DNA of 64,000 bases from NCBI GenBank assembly GCA_024137785.1, contig JAHRHZ010000065.1:24604911-24668910 (forward strand), in the 5' to 3' direction. Within the stretch, counting starts at the first letter, position 1. Each line of letters opens with the position of its first letter. Both the position numbers and the translations under genes were made by a program. The notes beneath the pieces are model-generated. The model saw only the letters and a program-made list of their open reading frames with translations, was not told the origin of the DNA and did no database searches. Positions 1 through 14,339 of the stretch are shown in pieces. This stretch comes from Ginglymostoma cirratum. Lineage: Eukaryota.

Positions 1-914
1 TGAATTTCTTGTGTGTTTTGGATACTTTTCTAACATATTAGGTCCTAGAATTATCTAGAGTACAGGTCATATTCAATTTGATAATGAACCAAATTTAGAT
101 AATTCCAATTTCAGAAATGTTCATATGGTTTTGGGATTGGTTCAAGATCCATGCCTTGTTTAGAAGGGAAAATAAGAAAGATTTTAGAGTTAGGTAAGAT
201 TAACTTTTGGTGACATTAATGAGAGGTTCATAGTAACCTGGACAACTTGTTGGTGGGTAAAATTACAGATCATCAGGAGGAGGTACTTAACATGATCTAA
301 CATAACATAATTTAACATGATCTAAAACCAGTTTACACCACTGAAGGATAGGAATTCTATTTGGTACCATAGAAGGAACAAACCAACAACAAAAAAAAAT
401 GCAGATGGAAGTTCAAATCCAGCAGATGGGAAAGAAACAAAGAGCTGCAAAATTAAGAGTTCAAGAGAGAACAATAAAATGCTGCTGCTGCTATTCAACC
501 TTCAGGAGAGGGCAGTCAACACAGTTAGCATTAAAAGGAAAGTGGTTAATTTTTAACTGCCCTTTGAAATGCCTTGCATTCTACTCAATTGTATAAAATC
601 GCTACAGAATCTGATTTAAAGGAATGAAACCAGGCTGACCATCTGCTTTCAAATGCATGCCATGATTGGATAGACATGACAATAGCACGTAGCCCTGTTG
701 ACTCTGCAAAGTCCTCCTTACTAATATCTGGGGCTTGTGCCAAAATTGAGAGAGCTGTTCTCCCGTCTAATTAAGGAACAGGCTGACAGTGTCTGTGAGA
801 TATGATTCCACTCTTTCACAACAACATAAACCACAATAACATTTAATCCAGGGAGAACAACAGATTACTTTTTCTCAATCCAGCCTCTCTTTCATCTTAC
901 AAGCAAATGAACAG

Positions 915-1135
915 TTTACAGAGCAATTGCTACAGTTCAGTAGCTGGAATACTAGTTTGCAATGCAGAGTGACAGCAACAGCATGGGCTCAATTCCTGCA
1001 CCGACTGAGGTTACCATGAAGGGCTTTCCTTCTCAATCTGTCCCCTTGCCTGAAGTGTAGTGTCAGTCATGTTAAAGCACCACCAGCCTTCTCTAATGAG
1101 AGAGCAGCCTAGTGGGACTTCAGTGACTTTACCTA
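915..1135 (+). mobile_element. tRNA-derived SINE (diverged)
   Basis: B-box-like ggctcaattcc. A reverse-complement relative lies at 13940-14130. Confidence 0.5.
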
Positions 1136-1399
1136 AAACATCTTTTTAGGAGTTTGGGAGACTAAGTCTGCTCATTACAAACTGGTTTCACTGTCAACAA
1201 ACAGAAATATCCCATTAAAACAACCTAAGCCTTTCATTGATCTCCAACAGTTAAACTATACGGCCTTACTGTCAGACAGGCTTCAGAATAGATCTGACGA
1301 TGCCCATTGTTTGCATTAAACTTAAAGAAAGTTCCAGTCCTAAATGTAATCATCTTATAAACCTCAATTGTAACAACAGTTCTATCTGGAGATAATCAT

Positions 1400-3080
1400 C
1401 TGACCAAAATAAAGGGAGAAAATAAACTGAAGGAAAACTAGCAAGTAACATAAATATGGACAGTAAGAGCTTCTTTAAAATATATAAAATGGAAGAGAGA
1501 GGCAATAGGGAACGTAAGCCCTTTAGAGACAGAGGCTGTGAAGTAATAATGGGGAGCCAGGAAATGGCAAATTAGAGATGAATAAGTACTTTGCATCAAT
1601 CTTCACAACAGAAATCCTAAAATACTATATAATCAAAAGGCTAAAGTGGGAAAGGAGGAGAGGAAATAAACGCAATAGCTATCACTGCAGAACAGAAGTA
1701 TTGGAGAAACTAATGGGACTAAGGGTTTAAAAGTCCCCTGGACCTGATGAGCCACATCCTAGGATTTTAAAGGAAGTAGCTACAAAGTGGATACACTAGT
1801 GGTAATCATTCTAGAATCCTTAGATTCTGGAAAAGGCCAACACGATTGGAAAACTCCTAAGGTAACAACATTATTTAAAAAGAGAGGAAGACATACATAT
1901 AAGAAATTATAAGCCATTAGTTTAACATCTGTCTTATGGAAAATGTTAGAGTCTATTATGAAGGATGTAATAGCAGAGCATTTAGAGTAAGTATGGCTTC
2001 ACAAAGGGGATATCGTGGTCTTAGAGAATTTACTAGAATTCTTTGAGAGGATAACAAGCAGGAAAGACCAAGAGGAAGCAGTGGATGTAATATATTTGGA
2101 TTTCCAAAAGACATTTGATAAAATATCTCTCATCAGGTTCATCGATAAGCTAACAGCCTGTGGTGTTGGGTTGGTTTATTAGTATGGTTGTCTAGAGAAG
2201 ACAGAGAGTTGGGATAAAGAGGGCATTTTCAGGATGATAACCTGTAAGTAGTGGAGAGTCACAGGGATCATTGTTGGGGCAATAATTATTTGTAATAACT
2301 TAGATGAAGGAAGTGAATGTACAGTGTGCCTGTGGGGGACACAAAAACAGTTAGGAAGGTGAGTAGTGAGGATGATACATCTAATCTGCAGAGGGATATG
2401 GGCAGGTTAAATGGAGTTGGAAAAGTCTCGCCAGATGGAATACGAATGTGGGAAAAGCTGAGGTTATGCACTTTGGGCAGGAAGAATAGAAGAGCTGAAT
2501 ATTAAATGGGAAAAGACTGCAGAAAAGTGCAGCACAAAGAGATTTGGGCATTGAAGTGCATGAATCACAAAAATCTAGCATCCAAGTTCTATGGGTAACG
2601 GGGAAGACAAATGGAATATAAAAATAAGGAAGTCATTTTAAAACTACATTAAACACCAGTCATACCAAACCCAGACTACTGTAACCAGTTTTGGACCCCT
2701 TATCTGAGGAAAGTTATTCTGTCATTGGATGCAGTCAAGTCAAGCTTCACTAGGCTGATACTGGGTACAGAGGGATTTTCTGAAGAGGATAGGTTAAATT
2801 AATTAGTCATAAGACATGGGTGACGAGAAATATTTTCTCTCAGAAGGTGGTGAATCTGTGGAATTCTTTACCACAAGAGCATTTGAGGCTGGGTTGCTAA
2901 GTATATCATGGATGAGATAGACAGATTTCGAATCATTAAGGGAATCACAACTTATGGGGATAAAGCAGGAAAGTGGAGTTGAGGATTAGCCGGTCAGTAA
3001 TGTTCTCATTGAATGTCAGTTGGATTCACTGGGCCGAGTGGCCTACTTCTGCTTCTACTTCTTATGGCCTTATGGTCTTA
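1400..3080 (+). mobile_element. Degenerate CR1 LINE ORF2 (RT) with 3' end
   Basis: KSPGPD, NY.P.SLTS, VDVIYLDFQK.FDK, G..QGS.LG motifs and a CR1 3' tail. Confidence 0.85.
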
Positions 3081-3725
3081 ACTAAGTTAGGGAACGCTGT
3101 GACTCAGCTCTTCTTTAGAAGACAAGCCTCTCTTGTGAACTTAGGAGGATGGATACTTACTGGAGTATTGTTTAATTGGTCAAAGTCGTTATTACTGTAG
3201 TCAACATTAATAAAATAGTCAGAGAGGTTATAACTCAATCAAAGTTAGTGTGCTTTGCTGCATTGTTCCAAATAGCTAAAGTATTTCAAATAGTTAAATG
3301 ACAATAGGGGTTGACGGATATTTCAAAAATTAAGGAAGTAAAAATTGCAAATATGCCACATGTCAAAAGCTTCTATATTAAGAATCTATTAAATCAAAAA
3401 CTTTCCAGTAAATCTCATGTTCTCTGCTTTTTTCAGGGCATAAGTTCACATTCCATAAAGTGCTTCTGCTTCTGCCTTTTAGCCAAAAGGAGTTATTCTA
3501 ATACCAAAGTCATGCTAAAAAATTAGGATAATCAGCCAGTGCTGCATCTGGCATGGAAAAAGAATAATGATTTCCAACTATGTAAAGTAAAAATTCCCCA
3601 TAACTGTTCTGACCTTGCAGATTCCAATAAAGTAGCCCACAGCACCAAAACACATTCACATGACATGAAAATTATCCATGTCTATCTGATTGTTTGAAAA
3701 GGCAAAGGTTCTTCAGTTATATTGG

Positions 3726-4518
3726 AGATAAAAAGTACTGCAGATGCTGGAGAATCTGAGATAACAAGCATGGGGCTGGATGAACACAGCAGGTCAAGCA
3801 GCATCATAGGAGCAGGAAAACTTGACGTTTCGGGCCTAAACCCTTCGGCCCGAAACGGCGAGGGGAAGAGGGTTCTGAAATAAATAGGGAGAGAGGGGGA
3901 GGCGGATAGAGGATGGATAGAGGAGAGGATAGGTGGAGAGGAGGCAGACAAGTCGAAGAGGCGGGGATGGAGCCAGTAAAGGTGAGTGTAGGTAGGGGGG
4001 TAGGGAGGAGATAGGTCAGTCCAGGGAGGACAGACAGGTCAAGGGGGCGGGATGATGTTAGTAGATAGGAGATGGGGGTNNNNNNNNNNNNNNNNNNNNN
4101 NNNNNNNNNNNNNNNNNNNNNNNNNNNNNNNNNNNNNNNNNNNNNNNNNNNNNNNNNNNNNNNNNNNNNNNNNNNNNNNNNNNNNNNNNNNNNNNNNNNN
4201 NNNNNNNNNNNNNNNNNNNNNNNNNNNNNNNNNNNNNNNNNNNNNNNNNNNNNNNNNNNNNNNNNNNNNNNNNNNNNNNNNNNNNNNNNNNNNNNNNNNN
4301 NNNNNNNNNNNNNNNNNNNNNNNNNNNNNNNNNNNNNNNNNNNNNNNNNNNNNNNNNNNNNNNNNNNNNNNNNNNNNNNNNNNNNNNNNNNNNNNNNNNN
4401 NNNNNNNNNNNNNNNNNNNNNNNNNNNNNNNNNNNNNNNNNNNNNNNNNNNNNNNNNNNNNNNNNNNNNNNNNNNNNNNGCTTGACCTGCTGTGTTCATC
4501 CAGCCCCATGCTTGTTAT
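3726..4518 (-). mobile_element. Penelope-like element with inverted ends spanning a 400-N gap
   Basis: Near-identical to 24945-25300. Inverted tail at 4480-4518. 14-bp TSD ttcagttatattgg (3712-3725 / 4519-4532). Confidence 0.85.
4080..4479. other. Assembly gap (400 N)
   Basis: Run of N. Confidence 1.
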
Positions 4519-4761
4519 TTCAGTTATATTGGTATTGGTTATATTGTTTAAATTCAGTTTTGCAATTGGTATATATATTCAGTATATCAACAGCCAAATT
4601 AGCTTCAGTGTCCATCTTGACATCAATTCCAATTTGATCTTTCAAAACTATTTGGTCTACCAGGATGATAAGTGAGCATTCCAAATGGAAATCTCATCAG
4701 TTAAGGTTTAAACGTTTGTTGTAAATATACATTTATTTCATAAAAGACTGAAAGAACTGTG

Positions 4762-4945
4762 GGTGCTGTAAATCAGGAACAAAAACAGAAGTTGCTGGAA
4801 AAGGTTAGCAGGTCTGGCAGCGTCTGTGAAGAAAAAATCAGAGTTAGCGTTTCGGGTCTGGTTACCCTTCCTCAGAACAGACATGACCTTTTCTTCACAG
4901 ACGCTGCCAGGCCTGCTGAGCTTTTCCAGCAACTTCTGTTTCTGT
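4762..4945. mobile_element. Short Penelope-derived inverted-repeat (hairpin) element
   Basis: acagaagttgctggaaaag...gtctgtgaagaaaa recurs in reverse complement. Hammerhead-like core on the minus strand (ctgagga..gaaac). Confidence 0.7.
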
Positions 4946-7619
4946 ACATTTATTTCATACTGAGGTTTAATTTTGTAATGGTTCAATTTAGGCATAATAT
5001 GAATTATCGGCACTTTAAGCTTCAGTCTCTAAGTGACTTCATGATTTCACTTCAACCAAGATGTGACCAAACAGGAAGCAAAAGAATTAGATACAGAGAG
5101 GAAAGGAAGAAGATGAAAGGCTTAATAGGCTAAAGTCAAATTTTAAAAGATTTTGAAAACTCAAAGAGAAAAAATGCATAGAAGTTGCAGCATTCTGTCA
5201 GTATCAGATTAGATCATTTTCTGGGGAATTTATTTCAATTCAGTGTCAGAATGAGGAATTTACCCAATATTGTTTCCTGTGAGATTGAAGTTGGGCTGTG
5301 GAAGGTGGTGGTGGAGAGCTGGTCCCACAATGATGTCTTGTAGAACTTTACAGGAGCTTGAGAGCATTGTATACCATCATTTCTGGAATCAGCTTTGCGT
5401 TATGCAAGATTCCTATTGAAAAGTCACTAAAAGACATGACCCTCAAACCCTGTGTCTTAATACCGAGTCAGTCTCCTGTGTGATTGATTTTTCGCCTTCT
5501 TGTTTTCTGAAGATTAAATGTTGTTCTTGCCAGAACAGGCTTGGCCAAACCACAATTGCTAAAACACATCTTATTATGGATCAGTCTTAGACGGATCCAG
5601 AAACAGGATCTTAGGAATTTGTAATTTGTTATTTCTCAATGTGAAAATAATTCTTTATGATTAACACTACCAGGCTACTCCTCATTTAAAGATGAATAAA
5701 TCTGTAATAGAATGTCCTTTTTAAATGCTGTTGTGTTGTAATTAGCCATTCTAAGTGGTAATTTCCCTTGTTTTAAATCTCTTCCAGGTGTAATGGAACA
5801 TTCTGAGCTACAGACAAATCTCAAGATCTCATGCATCATTGGCAAATTTGCAAAATTAACAAGAGAGCTTTTAAAAGGCAGGCCTGTTAAAATTCCTCTC
5901 TTAACTTGTGGCTCTCTCCATAGAGAAGTACTACTTACATACTTCCACTGAAAAAGGAGTCATGCATCAGTATTTGAAGTGTACTGAGGGCATTATAATT
6001 TTGTAAAATATAGCTTTTCTCCCAATACAATTGATGAACAACATTGTGCATATCTGGAATATCAGACATTTGTCTAAATTCAGCAAAATATGTTTCACTG
6101 CAAATAATAAATAGAAACAAGTGCATCTTTAAAAGTAGATATATTATTTTGAAATTAGAGCTTATAAGTACAAAAGGTAGTTATGAAAGAGACCAGAAAT
6201 GCTTAAACATGTCACAACAACCAACTAGATTATGGAACATTTCAGTAAGTAACAGTAAACTTAGCATCAGATTGTTGGTGCAAGATTAAGACATTAATAA
6301 TGGATTGCTTGTATATGTACCAATAGGAGCATGACCTGCTAAAAGTACAGTTAGACAACCTTCATGCTTTTTGAAGTTTTCTGCACATAATGTGAAACTT
6401 TTTCTAATGTTGTATTTTAGAATTGTAAGTCTTTATTGAGAATGGAAAATATTTTACTTCTTTTAGAGTAACATTGCTATAACTGTATTCTATTTTTGAT
6501 TCCAAAGTGCGAAAAAGGTTTGTTAATGTAGCTGTGGTTTTTGACCTTGCCCACTTGTGTGTGTCCTTACATATCTGTAAAATGCAATTGTAAACCTTGG
6601 GATTCCTCTATCTCTTTTTCCACTCGTCTCACGATGTTTTCTTTACATTTATTTCTCCGTTTATTTCTTCCTCTGCACCACTTTTGCTCTCTATCTCCAT
6701 TTTGAACTCTTGGCTCTGTATATTTGCCTTTAGTTTTTTGTCCAGGTTATACTTTCCTCCGTTTGTGATTTATGATCCTTCACAATGATGAACAACTTTG
6801 TATTGCTTACTTTGTATCTGCTTTTCATCACTAATCAGCAATCTCTGGTGAAAATGCATGATGTAGATGTTGGACAAGCATAGTATCAGGCTTGACTAAG
6901 TTCTGCTGTGCTATGGTAAATTGGCACTCAAAGTCTGGATGGACTAAACAGCTAAGCTGAAGGCAGACATTCTCGACTGAATTCATAATGACTGACTTGT
7001 GAGCCGAAGATCTAGAAGATCAGGAGAAGAGGAAAAAGTAACATCGGCCTCCAGCTTCAGGAGACATGTGCCTCAACAAGGAGCTCGCTATTATGAAAGG
7101 CTTTTTTGTGGCAGTCACTGACACTGAAGGCACTTCTGCTCCTCTCTGAACCATTTTCTGGCCATTTACTCATTAATGTAGAAGCCAGCATAGGTCACTG
7201 TATGTTGAAGCATTCTCCTTGTCCCTAGTCTTTAGCGGCACCCACCTTGCTCAATGGAGCTGCTGAAACAAGGAGCTGCCTGCCCTTTGACGGGCCCTGC
7301 ACTATTGGGTGCCTATCCATAGTTGGTGAGCTGGGAGGCTGCTCCGAGAAAATTTCATCACAGCCTTGTTGACAACTTGGGATCTCAGATTTGATATTCA
7401 CACCAGGCTCCCAAACCCTGGAGGAAAGATCTGCCCAAAACATTTTTCTACTCAAGATTAAAATCACGTGGGTTCGAAATGATTGTCTAAGACAGATGCA
7501 AGCTATATTATCTCTTCCTCTATAAATAAATGATAAATTGCTTTCAGTATGTGCAAATTGTAAGTTCCACCTGATCTCATCTAAAAAATGTTAAAAAAAT
7601 CTCTTCTCATTTACAACCT

Positions 7620-8125
7620 TCTGTAGGAAGGATGTTGTTCAACTTGAGGGGATGCAGAAAAGATTTACAAGGCTGTTGTCAGAACCAGAGGGTTTGAGCT
7701 ATAGGGAGAGGCTGAATAGGCTGGGGCTATTTTTGTTGGAGATCGGAGGCTGAGGGGTGACCTTATAGAGGTTTATAAAATCATGAGGAGCATGGATAGG
7801 GCGAATATCCAAGGTCCTTTTCCTAGGGTGGTGGGAATAAAAAACTAGAGGACATAGGTGAGAGAGGAAAATTTTAAAAGGATCTGAGGGGTAACTTTTT
7901 CATGCAAAGGTTGGTGCATGTATGGAATGAGCTGCCAGAGGAAGTGATGGAGGCTGGTACAATTACAACATTTAAAAAGCATCTGGATGGGTGTATGAAT
8001 AGGAAGGGTTTAGAGGAATATGGGCCAAATGCTGGCAACTGGGACTAGATCAGATTGGGATATTTGGTCAGCAATGATGATTTGGACTGAAGGGTCTGTT
8101 TCCATGCTGTATGACTCTATAACTA
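7620..8125 (+). mobile_element. CR1 LINE 3' fragment
   Basis: RLRGDLIEVYKIM and WNELP motifs; tail tgactctat. Confidence 0.85.
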
Positions 8126-9899
8126 AAACATTAAATCAATAATATGATCACAAGTGATAGGATGCTCTCTGTCTCAGAGTGTGGCTACCAAGATAAGAAC
8201 AACTAAAATAATGTGGGTAGAACCAGTCAGCAGCTATAAATTGGATGTCGAACAATGGCCACAGCACTGTGAATCATGAATACAGGAGTAAGCTACTCTT
8301 ACTTCCTTTGTTTTCGTGTTAGTTTTGTTTTAAATGGGTTAAATGAACAAAGGATGGATTATAAAGTACAGCCTTATACTTTGAATTTCACTGTTTTAAC
8401 AATATTAGAAATGAAAGCAAACATTAAAGTATTTTGACTGTCTCTTCTACCATTGTATACAATTTATATTGCGCAGAAGCACAGGTGTATTATTAGCTAG
8501 AGAAATCTTAATAGTAAGAGTCTTTTCTTTATAGTTTGAGCAGCTAGATTTTTTGAACAACTATTGAGAGTTTCATGTAGGTTTGTTTTAAATATATATT
8601 AATTTTTACATTAAAAATCTGCTTAGAGGAATTTTATATTGTGAAACAGTAATGGGATTTACAAAACAATAAAACATCAAAAATAGTGCATGGTGTAAAC
8701 TGAGAAACTCCCGAAAGGAGCGGTGTGTTAATAATGGAATGTTGGCTACACTCCTTTCATAAGATCCATCTGGGATCTTCTTCCTTCTTTTGCATGGCTT
8801 TAGGAGCAGAAGCTGACAGCAGAGTTTCAATGTCAAGTTACTTAATCAGTCCAAGGCCTTTTTGGAGAGCAAGCGTAACTCCAAATCGTCGCCTTCAAAC
8901 TTGAGTCAGAGACAAGATGTTACTATTTGCTTTATTGTTTCATCAGGGTTTCCGCAATTGATGCCCAGTACTACTTGTGGCAACACCAGCCATGCCTAAT
9001 CTGTCTTCTGTTGAGCATTGTCAACATTCTCCAGAGGGAGACTGAGCCTGGTTGTTGAGATGTTGGTGTTGGGGCAGTGCGTTTGTATCAGATGGTGTTC
9101 ACTGCCGAAAGTTTCGTCCAGATTTCATCAGTGTGGAAGAGTTGAAAAAGTTCAGTTCATACCCAAATGGGATTTCATAGAGGCATGTGGCAAGTTGGGA
9201 GAGCTTGAAGGGCTCTCTAGATGGGGAGGTTCACATTGCTGCTGATAACTAGTTGGTTATCTTGTGTCCCATTGAATAGAGGGAGGAAAGATATGGTTTA
9301 CCCAATATCCTTAAACTTTGACTCCAGTTCTAGATTCCCCTGGTCACCAGGAACGTGCTTCCTGCAACCACCCTGTCTAGACTGCAATGGATTTATACCT
9401 CTATTGCCTTGTTTTATGACAGCTGCTTTTCCAAAGATGACCAGCACCCAGCTTTATCATAGGCATCAGACCAAGTCAGATTGATTCACATTCAGCAGAT
9501 GTTACCTCTAAGCTTTGTTGCTGGAACATTGATGTATCTTTCCAAACAAGCCTAAAATTTTCAAGGAGTGCCCACCTAACAAAGCTAGTCTTCAAGAGGT
9601 TAAAAAAAGGTGACTAATGAAGTATTCCTCCAGTGCCTGTGTATACAGCAGCTATCAACATTTTAAACATCTCAGTTTTTATTCCATGTCGTAACTTAAA
9701 TGTATTTGTTATGAAATATTGCACTTTACAATTAAAATACTTTCTTCTACAAAATTTCTGTCCATTTTGACATCTGTAAGTTCTTGTCTATTTTGTTTAG
9801 AATGTGAACTTTATTTTAACCTGTTTTTAATCATTATTAAGCAATTTGTCAACATACTGCTTCAGCACTATATTGAGTGACACACAAACATCAGGGACA

Positions 9900-10505
9900 C
9901 GTGAAGACCATTAAAACAAAGAGTGGAAGCAGGCCCTTCAGCCCATCAACTGTGTTCCGCTATTCACTCAGCTCATGGCTGATCTGATAATCCGAAATTG
10001 TTTCCTCTTGTGCAAGAGTCAAGTAATCTCTCTGCATCTACCCTGTCAAGTCACCCAAGAATCTTGTATGTTTCAATAAGGTTGTCTCTCATTTTTCTAA
10101 ACTCAATGAGTACAGGCTTAACCTACTCAACTTCTCCTAAGACAGACCCTCCACACCTGGTATCAGTCTAGTGAACCTTTTCAGGACTGCCTTTAATGCC
10201 AGTCTTTCCTTAGGTTAGGGGACCAAAACTGTCCACCGTATTCTAGCTATGGTCTGACTACCAGCTTGCATAATTTTAGCAAGACTCCTTTATTTTTATA
10301 TTCCATTTTCTTTAAAGTAAATGCCAACATTCCATTTGCCTTCCATATTCCCTGCTGAACTTCTATGCTAGCCTTTTGAGATTTATGTACAAGGAGTCCC
10401 AAATCCCTCTGTGCTGTAGCTTTTGCAGTCTTTCTCCATTTCTGATAATATTCAGGTCCTTTATTCTTCCTGCCAAAGTGCATAACCTCACATTTTCCCA
10501 AAGAG
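9900..10505 (-). mobile_element. CR1 LINE 3' fragment
   Basis: KCEVMHFGRKN, QRDLG, KANGMLAF. Confidence 0.85.
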
Positions 10506-11379
10506 ATAACCATGAATTTAAAAAAACAATCTGTATCCCTCCATCTGCTCCAGGGAAAGATTCTGCAATGGTTTGATTATCCCCGATTGTATCCTGCTTC
10601 ATTCATCCACTCCTCAGCCACAGTTCAGCACAATGTAAGATTTGATCAAGTATCACAGATTACTCAAAAAAGTGTTAAGACGCAGCAGTTTATTGAGAAG
10701 TGATAATTTCTATGCAGTAAACAATTAGAATAGACATAGTTGACAATGTGTTAACAGTGAGGACAGTTTACCAGTCCTGGAATGAATGGATCAGGTAGAC
10801 TTTTTGGTCTTTATAACTCCTGTTTTCCAGTTGTCTCACAAGTCGACTGAGATGCTATAATGCGTGGATCCATCTCAGAAATCCTTTCTGCTGTTCAATG
10901 TATTTGTACATTTGACACTTTTGGTTAATGATTTCTGCATTTTAACCCAAATAGGTTTTGAAAGAAAACTGGCTCTTGTTAACTTGAAGGTCCCAGCTGG
11001 CTTATTTCTTACACAAAACTACTTCCATTTTAAATTCAAACTTTGTTCTAACTAATTCAGGAAGAGGGCAGAAGAGGAGTCAGTTTACCCCTCCTAACTT
11101 GCTTGTAACAAAATGTAGAGTAGGTAGATTGTGATAACAGTAATACTTTTAGTCTTGGTTACAGCTAACACACACTTAACCACACATAGCTGACCATGCA
11201 TTTATCAACCAGTGCTAGTAAAGGCCCAATAACCGCCTGCAGGTTAATTCTTCACTAATTTCTATTAGGCATTACAAAACTAGTAGCAGTGTTTGGTGGT
11301 TTATTCTCTCGGTTAATGTTAGCAAAGTCCAATGGGAGTGATGTGGGTTTTTTAATTCATTCATGGGCCGCAAATGTGG

Positions 11380-12920
11380 CTGCAAAGGATTATGAAAGGA
11401 AACTTGCAAGAGATATAAAAGACAGGAAGAGAAGATTTTATAGTTACATAAAAGGGAAAGCAGCTAGTCAAGAGTTCTTTGGTCCACTGAAGGCTGAGAC
11501 TGGGGATGTTGTCTGTGACCATGAGGAAATGGCTGACAAGCAGAACAATTATTTTGCTTCAATGTTCATAGCAGAAAGGGAGGATAGCTTGCTAGAAGTC
11601 CCAAAGAAATTAAAAGAGGATCTGGGACACGGTCTAAGTAAAATTAGCTGAAATAAATCATCAATAATGGCAAAACTGGTGGAACTGAAGAGTAATAAAT
11701 CCCCAGGACCTGATGGTTTCCATCCACGAGTGTCAATGGAGGTGGAGAGCACATTGCCGATGCCCTAGCCATAATTTTTCAGAGTTCCCTGGATTTAGGA
11801 GTTGTACCTCTGGATTGGAAAATTGTTCATGTCTTTCCACTCTTTAAGGAGGTGACGGAGAGAAACCAGGCAATTACAGAGCAGTTAGCCTGACATCTAT
11901 GGTGGGGAATTTGTTGGAGTATATAATCAAAGATAGGGTAACTGACCACCTCAAAAGATTTCAGTTAAACAGGGAGAGTAGGTTGGATTCATGCCAGGTA
12001 GGGGTCAAGCCTGACAAAGCTCAGTTTTTTTAAGAGGTGACAAGGTGATGGACAAAGGTAAGTCCATGGATATAGTTTATTTGGACTTCCAGAAGGCTTT
12101 TGCTAAGGTCGTACACAAGAGAATGTTATCTAACATGGAAGCATATGGAATTGATGGCAAATGACTGACACAGAAAAAAGAAATGGTTGGATGGCAGGAC
12201 ATAGAGTTTTGGAATAGTGGGTAAGTACTCAACTTGGCAGGATGTGACTAGTGATGTCCTGCAGGGATATGTGTTGGGATCTCAATTATTCACAATATTT
12301 ATTAATGACTTGGATAACGGCATAAAAAATTAAATATCCAAAATTTTCTGACAACACAAAATTTGGCAGCATTGTAGACGATGTTGACAACAGCATAAAA
12401 TTACAAAGGCTATTGATAGATTAGGTGATTGGGCAAAGCTGTGGCAGATTATTTCAATATAAGCCAGTACAAGAGTATGCATTTCAGACCAAAACAGGAT
12501 GAATTAGGGTATCTTTTTTTAAGAGGACACTAAGTTACATTGTGGATGTCCAATGAGATTTGGGGGTTCAGGTGCAAAGCTCTTTAAAATGCCATGAACA
12601 GGTGCAGAAAATAGTCAAGAAGATTAATGGAATGCTGGCCTTTGTATCTAAGAGGGCTTGAGGTTTGAGATGTAGACTTTATGCTGCAGTTATACAAAAC
12701 CCTAGTTAGACCCCACTTAGAGTGTTGTGAGTAGATCTGGGCAAAATGCCTTAGGGTGGATGTTTTGGCCCTGAAAGGAGTTCAACACAGGTTTACAAAG
12801 GTGACACTTGGACTTCAGCAGTTATGAGGAGAGCTTTGACAAATTAGGTCTTTATTTTCTAGAATTTAAAGGTTAAGGGGCAATCTAATTGATGTTTTCA
12901 GGATATCAACAGGGAAAGCT
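11380..12920 (+). mobile_element. Degenerate CR1 LINE ORF2 (RT)
   Basis: FYSYIK, KSPGPDGFHPRV, VYLDFQKAF, FTIFINDLD. Confidence 0.85.
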
Positions 12921-12929
12921 AGGGCAAAT

Positions 12930-13370
12930 AAAGATAGTCAGAGGCACAGACATTTCTGTGGTCAACAGAGAGACATCAGAATGGTGTGCTGCCTGTCTGG
13001 TGCCAGGATCAAGGATATCTCAGAGAGGGGGCAGAATATTCTCAAAGGCTAGCGGGACCAGCAGGAGGTTGTTGTATACATTGGAACTAATGACATAGGA
13101 TGAGAAAAGGATGAGATTCTGAGAGAACATAGGAAGTTAGGCAGGAATTTTAAAAGGAGGTCTTCAAGAGTAGTAATATCTGGATTACTCCCAGTGCCAC
13201 GAGGTAGTGAGGTTAGGAATAGGAGGATGGAGCAGATGAATGTGTAGCTGATTGGCTGGTGCAAGGGAGAAGAATTCACATTTTTAGATCGTTGGAATGT
13301 CTTCTGGAATAGAAGTGACCTGTATAAGAAGATGGATTGCATCTGAATTGAAAGGGGACTAATATACTAT
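12930..13370 (+). mobile_element. CR1 ORF1 esterase fragment
   Basis: IVRGTD, HIGTND, VVISGLLPVPR and DGLHLN remnants; homologous to 38180-38670. Confidence 0.75.
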
Positions 13371-13939
13371 TTTTCTGTCAAGTTCAGTTTTCACTATCTG
13401 CCATGGTATGATGCAAACACATGTCCCCAGAGCATTGGCTTTGGGTTCTGGATTGCTTAGTCCAGTGACATTACTGCTGTGTCACTGTGGGATGTAGTGA
13501 AGGACGTGGTTTTTACATCAAGAAATCCTGCTCAAATCATTTGCTTCTATGTATGGGTGCATAATTTTTCATGCTCCTTGGCTGGCAGTGTGACATGGAG
13601 AATGAGCTGAGACAATGCAAAATGATCATGCTACTCAATGATGGAAGAGCAGAGGGTGGGAAAGTAGGGCTCTCATCAGGCAACCATATCCACTTTTGCC
13701 TCAGGGAGGAACAATATGTATGACATCTGTGTTTTACTAAGAGCTGTGCACGGAATTCTGTCATCTGAGACAGGCAGATCTGTGGCCTCAGAGAAGGCTG
13801 AGGCTGTGAATATTTTTCTCACGAGTGATATTTCCAACACTTCTCAGTTCATCACCCAAATGGATTGAAGCTCTGTTTGCACAGACACATTTTGCTCTAA
13901 ATAGTCATTTGTTAGTAAAGATGCTGTAGTTTCAAACAA

Positions 13940-14130
13940 AAAAAGTTGCTCTCTAATGAGAGAGAGATCACTGGGAGTAATTTAACTGGAGGGCCACCAC
14001 ACGTCAACAAATGGAGATGTTGAGAAGCACATTCCTTCATGATAACCTCAGCCAGGGTAGAAATTGAACCCACGCTATTGGCATCAATCTGCATTGCAGA
14101 CCAGCTATCCAGCCAACTAAGCTAATTGAC
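13940..14130 (-). mobile_element. tRNA-derived SINE
   Basis: Minus strand ttagcttagttgg (A box) and gggttcaatttc (B box); related to 915-1135. Confidence 0.55.
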
Positions 14131-14339
14131 CATCTCAGTTGTGAGTACAGAACCTGAGTATTGCTGAAAAAAGACATTTTGTCTATAAATTTTCATCCTG
14201 CACGTATCAGGACATTTTGCAAAAATAGGAAGGAAAAAAATTGAAAATGTAAACTTCTCGAGAGGACTGGGCTATTTGTTTATTCTGTTTGCTAGTGGCA
14301 CTGCCATAGGCAATGCACCCCTTAACATTGATTTTTAGT

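Noticed and set aside
3804-4675. Long ORFs in the supplied track
   Set aside because: Artefacts of translating through the 400-N gap.
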